A DNA stretch of 64,000 nt from contig RDEW01000030.1 of NCBI GenBank assembly GCA_011109175.1, positions 242,094-306,093 on the forward strand, in the 5' to 3' direction. The translations under genes and the position numbers were made by a program. Below the pieces are notes generated by a model. The model searched no databases, had not been told where the DNA came from, and saw nothing but the letters and a program-made list of their open reading frames with translations. This DNA is from Dicyema japonicum. Its lineage: Eukaryota; Animalia; Dicyemida. Position 1 is the first letter of the stretch. The number at the start of each line of letters is the position of its first letter. Below, in pieces: positions 62,681-64,000 of this stretch.

Positions 62681-64000
62681 TAACCTTACTATTTCTAGGC
62701 GCGAGAATTTCTCGTTTGCAAATCCAACTGTGATCACAGTTCTATAATGTTTCTTCCAAATCCACCAAATGACAAAATTTGACGGGGGTGCTAATCTTGG
62801 TGTCTATCCAATTTTCTAATTTTCTCTCATATTTAAATTTAAGTTTACCTTATCCACATAGTTATATGATGCCTCAAACTTGAATTTAAATATCTCTTGA
62901 GTTCCTCGTTCAACAATTAGTAATCTCTGCGTCATGCCAGCCGGAAATACTGTTTTTATTCCCCCCAAAGTGGATTGTCTGTATCCCTAATATCTAATAA
63001 TGTTTTGTCTAACCTTTCAAAAGCACGTTTATGTTACATTGTACGTTGGCCCCTGATTATTAGATGTTCTTGTGTTGAGCCAATCTCCAATTTTCGTTTA
63101 ATATTCCTTAATGTTCACTACTACCTCCCCAAATATAAAATAAACCAGCGGTAAAAAGGAGTTTAAAAGTCAAGTAATCAATTTTTCTTTGAATTTTTTC
63201 GTAGAGAAGTATTGATGTTTTCACTATTAACCTCCACGTGAGCGGGAAAAGATTTTTATTTTTTAAAAAATAAGAACAGCTCATTAATGAAGGGGTCGAA
63301 AAAATAAATGTTCTAACTTTTTTTGATTAAGTGTGAGTCCCGGTAGAAAATCCGGTTCCCATGTGATTTACCACTAATGGCGACATCACTCGTTAAGCCA
63401 GGGAAGATGGTAGATGGAACCTTCAGCGGAATAGAAAACTTCTACATGACTTCATTAGTAGAAATGTGCCTACCGTGTTATATTCCTTGATTTTTTATTC
63501 TCCCTCCGGTTGTAAAGTGCAGATTCCTTGATCAGTTACTTTATGTATGTACTTACATGCATATTTGATGGCCTTAATATAATTTCAGAACTCTACATTG
63601 CTATTTTCATTAAACAGTTGTCGAAGGTTTCCTTCATTCATTCCCTGACCAAATCCACTGGTGAAGATTTCCTTTGTGAAAATATCTCGCTTATTTAATT
63701 CAACTTTGTAGGAGGATTTATTAGCAATAAATATAGGAATTCATGTCTTAATTACTTTGCTTTATTTCCCACACGGTCTCCATCTCTAATCTGATGCAAA
63801 ACATTTCATTTTTACCCTATATTTGAAGAAAAATTTTTCGACCTCTTCTTTACTTGGGAGTCGATCCAATGTGGTCCCTAACTTTAATCTGATAATAAAA
63901 ATGTCATTTTACACTTATGTAGGAATTTTTTACCTCTTCTAAACCGGGGATCAATCTTTCCTTGTTGCTTTATCTTGGATTCGTGCTAAAAGATCATTTA

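Overview
AT-rich eukaryotic window, animal-like by gene content (inference), with no prokaryotic features and no CRISPR. Seven host genes are recognisable: BPTF/NURF301 (20468-26564 -), MRPL36 (36187-36429 +), hnRNP Q/R (38563-40499 +), a degenerate C-terminal-motor kinesin (40614-42627 -), hnRNP A1/A2-like (50890-52433 -), a Nup62-like FG nucleoporin (55071-56741 +) and TSR1 (59104-61460 -). All but MRPL36 are split by very short GT-AG introns, mostly 21-28 nt. Such introns are the norm in dicyemid mesozoans, but the organism cannot be proven from this window. Most of the rest is transposon-derived: about a dozen CRE-clade (RLE) non-LTR fragments, many RTE fragments including a near-complete copy with TSD, Jockey/I-like RT, a tRNA-derived SINE with 12-bp TSDs, MULE, Merlin, a hAT containing a pogo that contains a CRE retrocopy, and a SUV39H-like relic. 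Best leads: a hairpin-sequestered 5-nt poison microexon in the hnRNP A1 gene; a kinesin-14 with altered switch I/II motifs; BPTF with four C-terminal PHD fingers; and a dispersed repeat with covarying hairpins. Caveat: several otherwise intact genes have 1-nt frame breaks in homopolymers, probably assembly errors. All calls come from manual reading and remembered family motifs; no searches were run. I found no clearly novel multi-gene system.
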